Below, one piece after another: positions 58,062 through 58,164 of a stretch of DNA of 58,164 nt; the first letter of the stretch is position 1, and each line of letters opens with the position of its first letter. This DNA is from Rozella allomycis CSF55 (lineage: Eukaryota). The position numbers were made by a program, and so were the translations under genes. Where the stretch lies: the NCBI GenBank assembly GCA_000442015.1, contig KE560993.1, positions 1-58,164 on the forward strand, written 5' to 3'. Below the pieces are notes generated by a model. The model was given only the letters and a program-made list of their open reading frames with translations. It did no database searches and was not told where the DNA came from.

Positions 58062-58164
58062 TATGAAACTAGGGGTAGCAAAAAGAGTTATTTATAAGGA
58101 GAAAATTCTAAAAATAGATTGAACATAAGAAAACTTGGTTTTATTTCAATAGAAGATGTTGCGG

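Overview
Very gene-dense, AT-rich eukaryotic DNA holding about 40 protein genes, one tRNA-Met, two copies of a tRNA-derived SINE-like element and two decayed copies of a CRE-type non-LTR retroelement. Gene content (flagellar DNAAF11/LRRC6, COX6A, fungal-type Ste11/Ypk1/Chz1, GH19 chitinase) and the tiny introns suggest a flagellated early-diverging fungus such as Rozella/Cryptomycota; this is an inference. The ORF track fragments most genes because nearly all of the >100 introns I traced by hand are about 26-31 nt. The long or odd exceptions to that size rule are the main finding. In SPT16 a 119-nt intron consists of four abutting GT..AG units (30/30/30/29 nt) with zero-length exons. In the eIF4E2-like gene a 58-nt intron consists of two abutting units (28+30 nt). 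In YPK1 a 2-nt microexon lies between two 26-nt introns in the catalytic YRD motif. In STE11 a 53-nt intron has a U12-type ATATCCTTT donor, and the scramblase gene needs a 27-nt GT-TG intron. Together these suggest ruler-like splicing with recursive removal of tandem mini-introns. Also notable: divergent start codons only 13-40 bp apart, and a set of intronless secreted or effector-like genes. Multi-exon coordinates were traced by eye without transcript data.
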